A DNA stretch of 64,000 nucleotides, taken from Candidatus Eiseniibacteriota bacterium. GTDB taxonomy: Bacteria > Eisenbacteria > RBG-16-71-46 > JABDJR01. A program made the translations under genes and the position numbers. Numbering within the stretch: the stretch's first letter is position 1; every line of letters starts with the position of its first letter. The stretch lies in contig CAWANH010000028.1 of the NCBI GenBank assembly GCA_963783375.1, positions 448,001-512,000 of the forward strand, written 5' to 3'. This document shows, piece after piece, positions 9,427 to 18,816 of the stretch. Below the pieces are notes generated by a model. That model saw nothing but the letters and a program-made list of their open reading frames with translations, ran no database searches and had not been told where the DNA came from.

Positions 9427-10098
9427 CTACTCCATGTGGCCGTGGCGGACGTCGCGGCCCTGGGTGGTGAAGATCACCTCTTCGGCCACGTTGGTGGCGT
9501 GGTCGGCCAGTCGTTCCAGGTACTTGGCGATGAAGATGAGCCGGGTGGCCCGGCTGATCGTCTTGTTGTCCTCGATCATGTAGGTGAGAAGCTCGCGGAA
9601 GATCTGGACGTTGAGATCGTCCACCTCCTGGTCCGCGGCCAGGACCTTCCGCGCGCGCTCCGCGTCTCCGGTCACGAAGCAATCGAGGGCGTCCCGGGTC
9701 ATCGCCCGCACCTGGTCCACCATGCGGGGGAGGTCGATGTAGGGCTTCAGCTGAGGCTCGGCGTTGAGCTCCACCACCCGCTCGGCGATGTTGACCGAGA
9801 GGTCGCCCATCCGCTCCAGGTCGGTGGAGATCTTGAGGGCGGCCACGATCAGCCGGAGATCCTTGGCCGCGGGCTGGCGGAGCGCGATGATCCGCATGGC
9901 CAGCTCGTCGGTCTCCATCTCCAGGCGGTCGACGTCCCGGTCCCGCCGTTGCACCTCCTCGGCGAGCTGGGAGTCGCGGGTCACCAGGGCGGTGAGGGAG
10001 TCGGCCACCATGGCCTCGACCATTCCCCCCATGGTGAGGAGCTTGTTCTTGAGTTCCTGGAGCTCGGAGTCGAACTCCTGGCGGACCGATCGGGCCAT
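9427..10098 (-). CDS. phoU: Phosphate signalling protein PhoU
   Basis: QPAAKDLR, DLERMGD...NIAE, D.EVDDL, KYLERLADHATN.AE. Confidence 0.95.
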   Translation of the reverse strand: MARSVRQEFDSELQELKNKLLTMGGMVEAMVADSLTALVTRDSQLAEEVQRRDRDVDRLEMETDELAMRIIALRQPAAKDLRLIVAALKISTDLERMGDLSVNIAERVVELNAEPQLKPYIDLPRMVDQVRAMTRDALDCFVTGDAERARKVLAADQEVDDLNVQIFRELLTYMIEDNKTISRATRLIFIAKYLERLADHATNVAEEVIFTTQGRDVRHGHME

Positions 10099-10204
10099 GA
10101 ACGGGTACTCCCGGCAACAGAGACGCCTTCGAGGCACTCGGGCTCGGGGGTGAGTCTACCGCGTTTGGGGCCGGAATGCCCCTGCCCGGCCGCGGCGACG
10201 ACGA

Positions 10205-10702
10205 CTACATCCGCACCGCCCACCGGCTCACCAGTTCGCTCAAGGCGTGCGTCCGGCTGTGCCGGTACTCGGTGTGCACCCAGCTCACCTGCCGCTCGAA
10301 GTTGGAGCTGAACGCGCGGGCGACCTGGCCGGTGAGAAGGGTTCGCCCATCCCCGCCGGAGGTCGGCGGTGGCCAGCACCCCGACCTCGTAGGAGGAGGC
10401 GTGGAGGGTCTTCTCCAGGAACGCGTTCAGGTACGGCCGGTCGATGAGCGGGAGGTTCGAGGTCGGGACCACGAACTCCTGGCAGCTGAACGGCTTCTTG
10501 AGCTGTCCCATGGTGACCGAGTAGGCGGGATATTTCTCGAACGGCGTCCAGCGGAACCAGAGGTCCAGCGCCCTCCACCTTGCCGGGGACCGCGTTCACC
10601 TGGAGGCGTCCGGTGATCCGCGGGGCGATTTCGGAGGTGAGAATGAAGCGCGCCCGCGGAGACGGCGGAGAGCATCAGGACCGCAAGCGTCAGCTTCATC
10701 AT
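10205..10702 (-). pseudogene. Fragmented phosphate-selective porin (OprO/OprP-like)
   Basis: Signal peptide MMKLTLAVLMLSAVSAGA, then across about three frame changes: RLQVN, ALDLWFRW, MGQLKKPFSCQEFVVPTSNLPLIDRP (porin O/P GQ.K.PFS...S.L..I.R motif) and a terminal beta-strand. About 165 codons in total; upstream of phoU. Confidence 0.65.
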
Positions 10703-10911
10703 CGGAGGCTCCTCCACTGGCGGGTTCACCACCACCGGGCTGAGCCGCCCCGGAGGTTTCCGGCGGTGTAGGTCGAAGCGCCCGGGACGACGAGATCCTC
10801 CCCGGACCCCGGACCCAGATCGCCCGGCCCAGGCGTCCCCTCCGGCCCCTGCCCGCCTCCCTCGATCCAATAAATCGATATGCCGGTTCGCCGGATGCCG
10901 ATCCTCAACTA

Positions 10912-10929
10912 TTTGGTAATTTGACCAAA
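10912..10929. promoter_or_regulatory. Probable ArsR operator TTTGGT-N6-ACCAAA
   Basis: AT-rich inverted repeat about 35 bp upstream of the arsR ATG. Confidence 0.65.
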
Positions 10930-10962
10930 CAGACAATCACTTTGACCGAAGGAGCGAGCCCA

Positions 10963-11283
10963 ATGGACTCCAAGACCCAGGCCCGGCTCGAGGCGCGAGC
11001 CCGAATCATCAAGGCGATGGCCCACCCCACCCGCCTCTTCATCGTGGACGAGCTCTCCCGGGGCGAGCGATGCGTGTGCGAGCTCACCGGGATGATCGGC
11101 GCCGACACCTCGACCGTGTCCAAGCACCTGAGCCTGTTGCGCGCCGCCGGCATCGTGGGCGACGAGAAACGCGGGAACCAGGTTTTCTACTCGCTCAAGG
11201 TCCCCTGCGTGCTCCACTTCTTCTCCTGCGTGGAGAACGTGCTCGCCTCCACCGCGGCCGAGCAGATGGAGGTCGCGCGGTGA
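10963..11283 (+). CDS. arsR: ArsR/SmtB repressor
   Basis: KAMAHPTRL, ERCVCEL metal site, STVSKHL, C-terminal CVLHFFSC. Confidence 0.9.
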   Translation: MDSKTQARLEARARIIKAMAHPTRLFIVDELSRGERCVCELTGMIGADTSTVSKHLSLLRAAGIVGDEKRGNQVFYSLKVPCVLHFFSCVENVLASTAAEQMEVAR

Positions 11284-12740
11284 TCGACCGCCGAGGCGCC
11301 CTCGCCCCATCCGCCGCGCCCGCGCCGGCCGGCGCATCCGCGGGCGTCCCCGCGTCCGCGTCCACGGGGGTCGCCGCTCACACCGCCGCGCCGGCCCATG
11401 AACCCGAGCCCGTCCCGGCCCGCTTCCTCGACACCGCCCGCCGGCTCTGGAAGTCCGACGGCTGGGCGCTGGCCGCGATCCTCGGCGTCTTCGCTCTGGT
11501 CTATTTCCTTCCGGAAAACACCGGCGCCCTTCCCGAGAGCGTGTCCGAGTCGCTGGCCCTCACCCGATGGTACGCGCGGGAGCACGTCCTCTTCTGCCTG
11601 GTTCCGGCGTTCTTCATCGCCGGGGCGATCGCGGTGTTCGTGAGCCGCGGCTCCGTCATGCGCTACCTGGGCGCGGGGGCCAACAAGGTCCTGGCCTACG
11701 GCGTGGCCGCGGTCTCCGGGAGCATCCTCGCGGTCTGCTCCTGCACGGTGCTGCCCCTCTTCTCCGGCATCTACAAGCGGGGGGCCGGGCTCGGGCCGGC
11801 CACCGCGTTCCTCTACTCCGGTCCCGCCATCAACGTCCTGGCGGTGATCCTCACCGCGCGGATCCTGGGCCTGGAGCTGGGGGTGGCGCGGGCGGTGGGG
11901 GCGGTGGTGTTCAGCGTGGTGGTGGGCCTCCTGATGCACCTCGTCTTCCGGGCCGAGGAGCGGCGGAAGACCGCGGCGTCCCTGGCCGTCCCCGACGACG
12001 AGCCGTCGCGGCCCCTCGGCCGGACCGCGATCACCTTCGCCGTCCTGACCGGAATCCTGATCTTCGCCAACTGGGGCCGGCCCGAAACCGCCACCGGCTT
12101 CTGGCACGGGGTCTACGCCGCCAAGTGGATCCTCACCGCGGCCCTCGCCCTGGGTCTCGCGGTCATCCTGTCCGCGTGGTTCGCGGTGTCCCGGCGTCGG
12201 ACCGTGATCGCCGTGCTCCCGGTGGCGGCTCTCGCCCTGGGCTTCCCCTCCCGGCCGGAGATCGCCTTCGCCGCCGGGGTGGTCGCCCTCCTGGCGATCG
12301 CCGCCGGCTCGTCCGAGCTTCGGGAATGGGTCGGAGCCTCGTGGGGCTTCGCCAAGCAGATCCTCCCCTTGCTCCTGATCGGCGTCCTGGTGGCCGGGTT
12401 CCTCCTCGGCCGGCCGGGCCACGGCGGGATGATCCCCTCGGGCTGGATCGCCGGCGCGGTGGGAGGAAACTCGATCGGCGCGAACCTCTTCGCCTCGGTG
12501 GCCGGAGCCTTCATGTACTTCGCCACCCTGACCGAGGTCCCGATCCTCCAGGGGCTCCTGGGCAACGGCATGGGGAAGGGGCCCGCCCTGGCCCTCCTCC
12601 TGGCCGGTCCGGCCTTGAGCCTTCCCAACATGCTGGTGATCCGCGGGGTGATGGGCACCCGGAAGACGGTGGTGTACGTGTCCCTGGTGGTGGTGATGGC
12701 GACGGTGACCGGGATCGGCTACGGCGCCCTGTTCGGATAG
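11280..12740 (+). CDS. DUF318/ArsP-family permease
   Basis: REHVLFCLVPAFFIAG, LAVCSCTVLP, FLYSGPAIN, MYFATLTEVP, GPALSLP. Confidence 0.88.
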   Translation: MIDRRGALAPSAAPAPAGASAGVPASASTGVAAHTAAPAHEPEPVPARFLDTARRLWKSDGWALAAILGVFALVYFLPENTGALPESVSESLALTRWYAREHVLFCLVPAFFIAGAIAVFVSRGSVMRYLGAGANKVLAYGVAAVSGSILAVCSCTVLPLFSGIYKRGAGLGPATAFLYSGPAINVLAVILTARILGLELGVARAVGAVVFSVVVGLLMHLVFRAEERRKTAASLAVPDDEPSRPLGRTAITFAVLTGILIFANWGRPETATGFWHGVYAAKWILTAALALGLAVILSAWFAVSRRRTVIAVLPVAALALGFPSRPEIAFAAGVVALLAIAAGSSELREWVGASWGFAKQILPLLLIGVLVAGFLLGRPGHGGMIPSGWIAGAVGGNSIGANLFASVAGAFMYFATLTEVPILQGLLGNGMGKGPALALLLAGPALSLPNMLVIRGVMGTRKTVVYVSLVVVMATVTGIGYGALFG

Positions 12741-12782
12741 ACGACGCGCCTCCTCACGATGGAGCGCTCATAGGAGACGACG

Positions 12783-13016
12783 ATGAAGACGATCCAGATC
12801 CTGGGCACCGGGTGCCCGAACTGCAAGAAGCTCACCGAGAACGCCGAGACCGCGACCCGCGACCTGGGCGGCGAGTTCGAGATCGAGAAGATCACCGATC
12901 TCGACCGGATCACCGACTTCGGGGTCATGATGACCCCGGCCCTGGCGGTGGACGGCGAGGTGAAGTCCATGGGGAAGGTGCTCTCGCCCGAGGAGATCAA
13001 GCGGCTTCTGGCGTAG
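12783..13016 (+). CDS. Small thioredoxin-like redox-active disulfide protein (MTH895/ArsE family)
   Basis: LGTGCPNC and GVMMTPAL.VDG. Confidence 0.9.
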   Translation: MKTIQILGTGCPNCKKLTENAETATRDLGGEFEIEKITDLDRITDFGVMMTPALAVDGEVKSMGKVLSPEEIKRLLA

Positions 13017-13032
13017 AGCAGGGGGAAACGAC

Positions 13033-13503
13033 ATGCGCGGAAAGACCATCCTGACCGCGGGGCTTCTCGTCTTCGTGGCGGCGAGCCTCGGATACCTCGG
13101 CATCGACACGGCCCGGTCACGCCGGGACGCGACCCCGGCCGTCGCGCCCGACCCGGGCGGCGACCGGGTGATCGCCTACTACTTCCACGGCGCCCAGCGC
13201 TGCCGCACCTGCCTGACCATCGAGGCCTACGCCGACGCCGCCATCCAGGACGGCTTCGCCGACGAGCTGGCCTCGGGCCGGCTGGAGTGGCGGGTGGTGA
13301 ACATCGACGAGCCCCGGAACGAGCACTTCGTCCAGGACTTCAACCTCACCACCCGATCGGTGGTGCTGGTGAAGATGAGGGACGGCCGGCCGGAGGCGTG
13401 GCGAAACCTCGACAAGGTCTGGGAGCTGGCGTCCTACGAACAGGAGTTCACCCTCTACATCCAGGCCGAGACCCGGAGCTTCATGGAACGCCCGAGTGCC
13501 TGA
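13033..13503 (+). CDS. ArsF-family periplasmic thioredoxin-like protein
   Basis: N-terminal anchor, YYFHG..RC.TC..IE, W.NLDKVW. Confidence 0.8.
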   Translation: MRGKTILTAGLLVFVAASLGYLGIDTARSRRDATPAVAPDPGGDRVIAYYFHGAQRCRTCLTIEAYADAAIQDGFADELASGRLEWRVVNIDEPRNEHFVQDFNLTTRSVVLVKMRDGRPEAWRNLDKVWELASYEQEFTLYIQAETRSFMERPSA

Positions 13504-14185
13504 GAGCCTCCTCGCCGTATCCACCGCGGTCTGGCTGGGGATTCTCACCTCGGTCAGCCCCTGCCCCCTGGCCACCAACATCGCGGCGATCTCCTACGTG
13601 GGGAGGCGGGTGGGTAGCCCCCGCCGCGTGCTCCTGGCCGGCCTCCTCTACACCCTCGGGCGGGCGGTCACCTACGCCGGGTTGGGGCTCCTGATCGTCC
13701 TGAGCCTGCTCTCCGCCCCCCAGACCTCGCACGTCCTCCAGAAGTACATGATCAAGGCGCTCGGGCCGCTGCTCATCCTGGTGGGGATGGTGCTCCTGGA
13801 CCTGGTCCGCTTCCGCCTGCCCGGGTTCGTAGCCGGCGAGGGCCTCCGCGCGCGAACCGATCGCATGGGGGAATGGGGCGCGGGGTTCCTGGGCATCACC
13901 TTCGCCCTCTCGTTCTGCCCGGTCTCCGCCGCGCTCTACTTCGGCAGCCTCCTCCCCCTGGCCGTCCAGACCCGCTCCCCGGTCCTGTTGCCGTCCCTCT
14001 ACGGGATCGGCACCGCGCTCCCGGTGGTGGCCTTCGCGATCGTGATCGCCGGCGGGGTGCGCTCGGTGGGAAAGCTCTTCGACCGGGTGGCTCGGGTGGA
14101 GATCTGGGTGCGGCGCGTCACCGGCGTGGTCTTCTTGGGGATCGGGGTCTACTTCTGCCTGGACCAGATCTTCCAGGTCTTCTGA
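13496..14185 (+). CDS. ArsG-family / CcdA-DsbD-like membrane protein
   Basis: SPCPLATNIAA and FALSFCP.S motifs, multiple TM helices. Confidence 0.82.
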   Translation: MPESLLAVSTAVWLGILTSVSPCPLATNIAAISYVGRRVGSPRRVLLAGLLYTLGRAVTYAGLGLLIVLSLLSAPQTSHVLQKYMIKALGPLLILVGMVLLDLVRFRLPGFVAGEGLRARTDRMGEWGAGFLGITFALSFCPVSAALYFGSLLPLAVQTRSPVLLPSLYGIGTALPVVAFAIVIAGGVRSVGKLFDRVARVEIWVRRVTGVVFLGIGVYFCLDQIFQVF

Positions 14186-14276
14186 GGGGCGCGCACCGCC
14201 CGCCGAGGCCTCGACACGGGCCCGCCGCCGCGCCAGGCCGTCCGCGTTCACCGCGCTACCCCGCCGCCCGCCCGCC

Positions 14277-16037
14277 TCAGGCGTCCGGCGCTTCCGGCAC
14301 GGTGAAGAAGAACACCGCCCCGCCGTCGGCCCGGTCCTCCACCCCCACCTCGCCGCCGTAGAGCTGCACCGCGTGCTTCACGATGGCCAGCCCCAGCCCC
14401 GAACCCCCCTCCTCCGCCGACCGGCCGGCGTCCAGGCGGTAGAACCGCTCGAACACCCGGTCCCGAAGCTCGCGGGGAACGCCGGGACCCCGGTCGGCGA
14501 TCTCGAAGCGCACCGTCCCCTCCCGCCGCAGGGCCCGCAGGGTGACCTTCTCTCCCGCCGGGCTCACCCGCACCGCGTTGTCGAGGAGGTTCAGGAGCAC
14601 GGTTTCCAAACCGTGGCGGTCGGCGAGCACCTTCGGCACCCCCGGCTCCACCGCCGATTCCAGCCCTACCTTCCTCCCGGCGGCGCGCGGGGCGAGGGTC
14701 TCCAGGACCCCCGAGACCAGCCCCGGAACCTCCACCGGCTCCAGGGGCACCCGGGCCCGGGCCGACTCCAGCTCCGAGAGCCGGGAGAGGTCGCGCACCA
14801 GGCGTTCCAGCCGCCGCGCGTTCCGGTCGATCACCCCCAGGAAGCGCGCGCGCTCGGCGGGGGGAAGATCGGGATCGTGCTCCAGGGTCTCCAGATAGCC
14901 GAGGATGGCGGTGAGCGGGGTGCGAAGCTCGTGGCCGATGTTGGCCACCATCTCCCGCCGTGCGGTTTCCAGGCGGCGAAGCCGGGTGACGTCGTGGATC
15001 AGGAGCACCACACCGCTCTCCAGGGGGACGAGGCTCACCGCGAGCATCCGCCCCTCGGGCTCGGTGAGCTTCAGCTCCACCGTCTCGGGTCTCCCCCCGG
15101 CCAGGGCCCGGTCCACCGCCTGCTGGAGGTCGGGACTCCGGACCGCCTCCACCGGGGTCCGCCCGATCACATCCGGCCCCAGGGAGCAGAACTCCGCCGC
15201 CGCCGGGTTGGCCAGGGTGATCCGGCCGTGATCGTCCAGGGCCAGGATGCCGTCGGGCATGCTCTGGAGGAGATGGTCCAGCCGCCGGCGCTGGGACTCC
15301 ACGGTATTGATCTCGGCCTGAACCGAGTCGGCGAGGTGGTTGATGGAGAGGGCCAGCTCGCGGACCTCGGAGCTTCCCGCCGGCTCCACCCGCCGGTCGA
15401 GGCTCCCGGCGGCGATCTCCCGCGCCGCTGCGCTCACTCGCGACACCGGCCCGGTGATCCGCCGCGCGGAGACGTAGCCGAGGAGGGTGGCCATCCCCAC
15501 CGCACCCAGAAGAACCAGGATCAGGCGTCCCTCCCCCCGATGCTCCTCGGCGATCACCCGGTTCATGGGTAGCGCCGAACGCACCACGCCGTAGGGAGCG
15601 TCCGCCGGTCCCCAGCGCACCGCGAGATAGGCCATGGGAACCTGCAGGGTCGGGCTGGGACGCTCGGAGAGACCGGTGCCGCCACGAAGCGCCTCCGCCA
15701 CCTCGGGGCGGTGGAGATGGTTCTCCATCGCCTCCACCTCGCTCCGGGGAAGGTTGGACTCGGAGAGCACCATCCCGTCGGCGCGGATCACGGTGAGACG
15801 GATGCCGGTTTCCTGATGGAGCACCCGGGTGAGGCGGTCCATCTCCACGACGGCGTCGATTCCCGGTTCCGGGGTGGGAAGGAGCGCGGCCAGGATCCTC
15901 GCCTGGTCCCCGAGCCGGTCGTCCAGCTCCCGCCGCCGCTCCCGCTGGAGCGACGCGTTCCAGAGGAGGGTGGCCCCCCCCAGGGCGATCAGGGTGACGG
16001 TGAAGCTCAGCCAGGCGAGCCGGGTGTGGATGCGCAT
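14277..16037 (-). CDS. phoR: PhoR-like sensor histidine kinase (HAMP-PAS-HisKA-HATPase)
   Basis: MENH..RPEV, HELRTPLTAI.GY.ETL, NLLDNA, DRGPG, FERFYR, GSGLGLAIVKH. Confidence 0.85.
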   Translation of the reverse strand: MRIHTRLAWLSFTVTLIALGGATLLWNASLQRERRRELDDRLGDQARILAALLPTPEPGIDAVVEMDRLTRVLHQETGIRLTVIRADGMVLSESNLPRSEVEAMENHLHRPEVAEALRGGTGLSERPSPTLQVPMAYLAVRWGPADAPYGVVRSALPMNRVIAEEHRGEGRLILVLLGAVGMATLLGYVSARRITGPVSRVSAAAREIAAGSLDRRVEPAGSSEVRELALSINHLADSVQAEINTVESQRRRLDHLLQSMPDGILALDDHGRITLANPAAAEFCSLGPDVIGRTPVEAVRSPDLQQAVDRALAGGRPETVELKLTEPEGRMLAVSLVPLESGVVLLIHDVTRLRRLETARREMVANIGHELRTPLTAILGYLETLEHDPDLPPAERARFLGVIDRNARRLERLVRDLSRLSELESARARVPLEPVEVPGLVSGVLETLAPRAAGRKVGLESAVEPGVPKVLADRHGLETVLLNLLDNAVRVSPAGEKVTLRALRREGTVRFEIADRGPGVPRELRDRVFERFYRLDAGRSAEEGGSGLGLAIVKHAVQLYGGEVGVEDRADGGAVFFFTVPEAPDA

Positions 16038-16108
16038 CAGCCCGGGAAGCGGTATCCCACGCCCCGCATGGTCCTGATCGCGTCCCGGCCGCAGTCGGTG
16101 GTGGTCAT
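16037..16108 (-). pseudogene. C-terminal stub of an OmpR/PhoB response regulator
   Basis: Only MTTTDCGRDAIRTMRGVGYRFPG remains (winged-helix I.T.RGVGYRF end). Its TGA overlaps the phoR ATG, and no receiver domain lies upstream. Confidence 0.8.
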
Positions 16109-16173
16109 GACGCCGCGATTCTAGGGGATGGCGGGGTTCGGGGGTAGCGCTTCCGCCCCCGCCGGCCTTTCCC

Positions 16174-16203
16174 TTGGCGGGGGATCGGACCGAGCCCTAT
16201 ACT
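16174..16203 (+). promoter_or_regulatory. sigma70-type promoter upstream of the hairpin and helicase
   Basis: TTGGCG-18 nt-TATACT. Confidence 0.45.
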
Positions 16204-16244
16204 GGGCATCCGCTTTCCCGAGCACCCGCTTCCCCGTCGCCTCG

Positions 16245-16423
16245 GCTCGACCTAGTCATGAAACCGGGTCGCGAGGTGGAGTAGATGGCCGACAGGTCGG
16301 GCACCGCAGCGATCCGACGACGCAGGCGTACCCGCTGTGGTACGTCGAGGAGGCGGATCGCGAGGACGCCCGAGCTGGCGGTCAGATGCCCACCGCAGCA
16401 GCGGGTTCGTGACTAGGCCGGGC
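16245..16423 (+). repeat. 179-nt rod-like imperfect palindrome (MITE/REP-like element or structured RNA)
   Basis: Terminal 22-nt IR GCTCGACCTAGTCATGAAACCG / CGGGTTCGTGACTAGGCCGGGC. Nested stems GGTGG/CCACC, TGGCCG/CGGTCA, TCGGGC/GCCCGA, GCGATCCG/CGGATCGC and GGCGTACC/GGTACGTC. Confidence 0.8.
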
Positions 16424-16441
16424 TACGGAAGGAGATCCGCC

Positions 16442-18811
16442 ATGGATCCCGCGCCCGTTCCATCCGCTCGCCCGGTCGCGCCCGCCGGGGCCTCGGGACA
16501 CGATTTTCTGCGCTTCCTGGGCCGCCTGACCGCGGATCGCCGCTATGCCGACCAGATCGCCCACGTGGAGCACCTCCCCGAGCGCGAGGCGCGCCACGCC
16601 GAGCTGGACCCGCCGCTCTCCAGCACCCTGGCCGAGTCCCTGGACGGGCTGGGGATCCGCCGGCTCTACACCCACCAGGTCCAGGCGATCGCCGCCGCCC
16701 GCGGGGGGGAGCACGTGGTCACGGTGACCGGGACGGCCAGCGGAAAGACCGTGGCCTTCCTGGTCCCGATCCTCGAGGCGCTGGAGCGCGACCCCCGGGC
16801 CACCGCGCTCCTCCTCTACCCTACCAAGGCCCTGGCCCAGGATCAGCTCAAGGGGATCACCCGCCTCGCCGGGTCCCACCCGCGCCTCCGCGATCTCATC
16901 CGGGCCGGGACCTACGACGGCGACACCTCCCAGAGCGCGCGGCGGAAGATCCGGGACGAGGCCAACCTCATCCTCACCAACCCCGACATGCTCCACCGCG
17001 GCATCCTCCCCTATCACGCCAAGTGGCACCGGGTGTTCCGGAACCTGCGCCACGTGGTGGTGGACGAGGTGCACACCTATCGCGGCATCTTCGGTTCCAA
17101 CGTGGGGAACGTGATGCGGCGGCTCCGGCGGGTGGCCGCGCACTACGAATCCTCGCCGGTCTTCCTCTGCTCCTCCGCCACCATCCGGAACCCCCTGGAG
17201 CTGGCCGAGACCCTGACCGGGCTCCCCTTCACCCTCGTGGACGACGACGGCTCGCCGCGCGGACCCAAGACCTTCGTGCTCTGGAACCCACCCTACCTGG
17301 ACGCGGCCCGGATGGAGCGGCGGAGCGGCAACGTCGAGGCCAAGGAGCTGTTCGTGAAGCTGGTGGAGGACGGGGTGAACACCATCGTCTTCACCAAGGC
17401 CCGGGTGGTGACCGAGCTGGTCTACAAGTACGCGCGGGAGGACCTCCTCCACCGCCGGGGCGGCCTGGCCGAGCGGATCAAGCCCTACCGCGGCGGCTAC
17501 CTCCCCGCCGAGCGGCGGGAGATCGAGCGGCAGCTCTTCAGCGGGGACCTCCTGGGGGTGGTGGCCACCAATGCACTGGAACTCGGGATCGACATCGGCG
17601 GCCTGGACGCCGCGGTCCTGGTGGGGTTTCCGGGGACGGTGGCCTCGATCTGGCAGCAGGCGGGGCGGGCCGGGCGCTCCCGGGACGAGGCGGTGACGTT
17701 CTTCGTGGGGTACAACGACCCCATCGACCAGTACCTCCTCCGCCATCCCCGCTACTTCTTCGCCCAGAACCCCGAGTCCGCGGTGTGCGACCCCGAAAAC
17801 CCCTACGTCCTGGCCGGGCACCTGGGTTGCGCCGCCTTCGAGCTGCCGCTGACCGAGCGGGACCGGGACCTCTTCGGCGCAGGTCTGGGGCCGATCCGGG
17901 AGATCCTCCGCGACGAGGGCGAGCTTCACCCGGTGGAGGGCGAGGACTACTGGTCGAGCACGGAGTTCCCGTCCAAGCGGGTGAACCTGCGGACGATCTC
18001 CGACGACACCTTCACCATCGTGGACACCGACCGCGAGGACTCGGTGATCGGGACCGTGGACGCCATCTCGGCCCCGGAGCTGGTCTACCCCGAGGCGATC
18101 TACCTCCACGAGGGAGAGACCTTCTTCGTCCACGAACTGGACCTGGAGAAGCGGATCGCCCGGGTGAAGCGGGTCTCGGTGGACTACTACACCCAGCCGG
18201 TGCTCGACACCTCGATCCGGGTGACCGGGGAGCGGGAGCGCCGCGACGAGGGCCCCGAGATCCTGGTCCTGAACGAGGCCACCGTGACCTGGGCCACCAC
18301 CATGTTCAAGAAGATCAAGTTCGGGAACATGGACTCGATCGGCTACAAGAACCTGGATCTTCCCCCCCAGCACCTGGAGACGGTGGCCCTGGGATGGTCG
18401 CCGTCGGTGTCCATCGCCGCGGCGTTGAAGCAGCAAGGGTTGAAACCGGTGGAGGGCCTCCTGGGGGTGCGGAACCTGGCCATCACCGTGTTCCCGATCC
18501 TGGCCATGTGCGACCGGGCCGACGTGGGCGGGGTGATCGACTCGTCGAACACCGGCCGGCCGACGCTCTACCTCTACGACCGTTTCCCCGGGGGGCTGGG
18601 CTTCGCGGAACGAGCCTACGCCGAGTTCACCCGGCTGGTCACCGAGGCGTTGAGCGTCCTGGCCGCCTGCGACTGCGCCGAGGGCTGCCCCTCCTGCGTG
18701 GGGCTCCCGATCCTCCGTCCGGCCATCCACCAGGATCCCGACGTGGGAATGGGCTACCCGATCCCCGACAAGCGGGCGGCGCGCCTCCTCCTCGAAGCCC
18801 TGGCGCGGTGA
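16442..18811 (+). CDS. DEAH helicase with DUF1998 Zn domain (YprA/MrfA/SftH family)
   Basis: LYTHQ, TGTASGKT, YPTKALAQDQ, DEVH, SAT, ALELGIDIG, QQAGRAGR, C-terminal C...CDCAEGCPSC. Confidence 0.93.
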   Translation: MDPAPVPSARPVAPAGASGHDFLRFLGRLTADRRYADQIAHVEHLPEREARHAELDPPLSSTLAESLDGLGIRRLYTHQVQAIAAARGGEHVVTVTGTASGKTVAFLVPILEALERDPRATALLLYPTKALAQDQLKGITRLAGSHPRLRDLIRAGTYDGDTSQSARRKIRDEANLILTNPDMLHRGILPYHAKWHRVFRNLRHVVVDEVHTYRGIFGSNVGNVMRRLRRVAAHYESSPVFLCSSATIRNPLELAETLTGLPFTLVDDDGSPRGPKTFVLWNPPYLDAARMERRSGNVEAKELFVKLVEDGVNTIVFTKARVVTELVYKYAREDLLHRRGGLAERIKPYRGGYLPAERREIERQLFSGDLLGVVATNALELGIDIGGLDAAVLVGFPGTVASIWQQAGRAGRSRDEAVTFFVGYNDPIDQYLLRHPRYFFAQNPESAVCDPENPYVLAGHLGCAAFELPLTERDRDLFGAGLGPIREILRDEGELHPVEGEDYWSSTEFPSKRVNLRTISDDTFTIVDTDREDSVIGTVDAISAPELVYPEAIYLHEGETFFVHELDLEKRIARVKRVSVDYYTQPVLDTSIRVTGERERRDEGPEILVLNEATVTWATTMFKKIKFGNMDSIGYKNLDLPPQHLETVALGWSPSVSIAAALKQQGLKPVEGLLGVRNLAITVFPILAMCDRADVGGVIDSSNTGRPTLYLYDRFPGGLGFAERAYAEFTRLVTEALSVLAACDCAEGCPSCVGLPILRPAIHQDPDVGMGYPIPDKRAARLLLEALAR

Positions 18812-18816
18812 GCCCG

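Noticed and set aside
16245-16423. Confident 6S RNA call for the rod hairpin
   Set aside because: It has several small internal loops rather than one large central bubble, and the putative promoter would start about 35 nt before the stem. Left unassigned.
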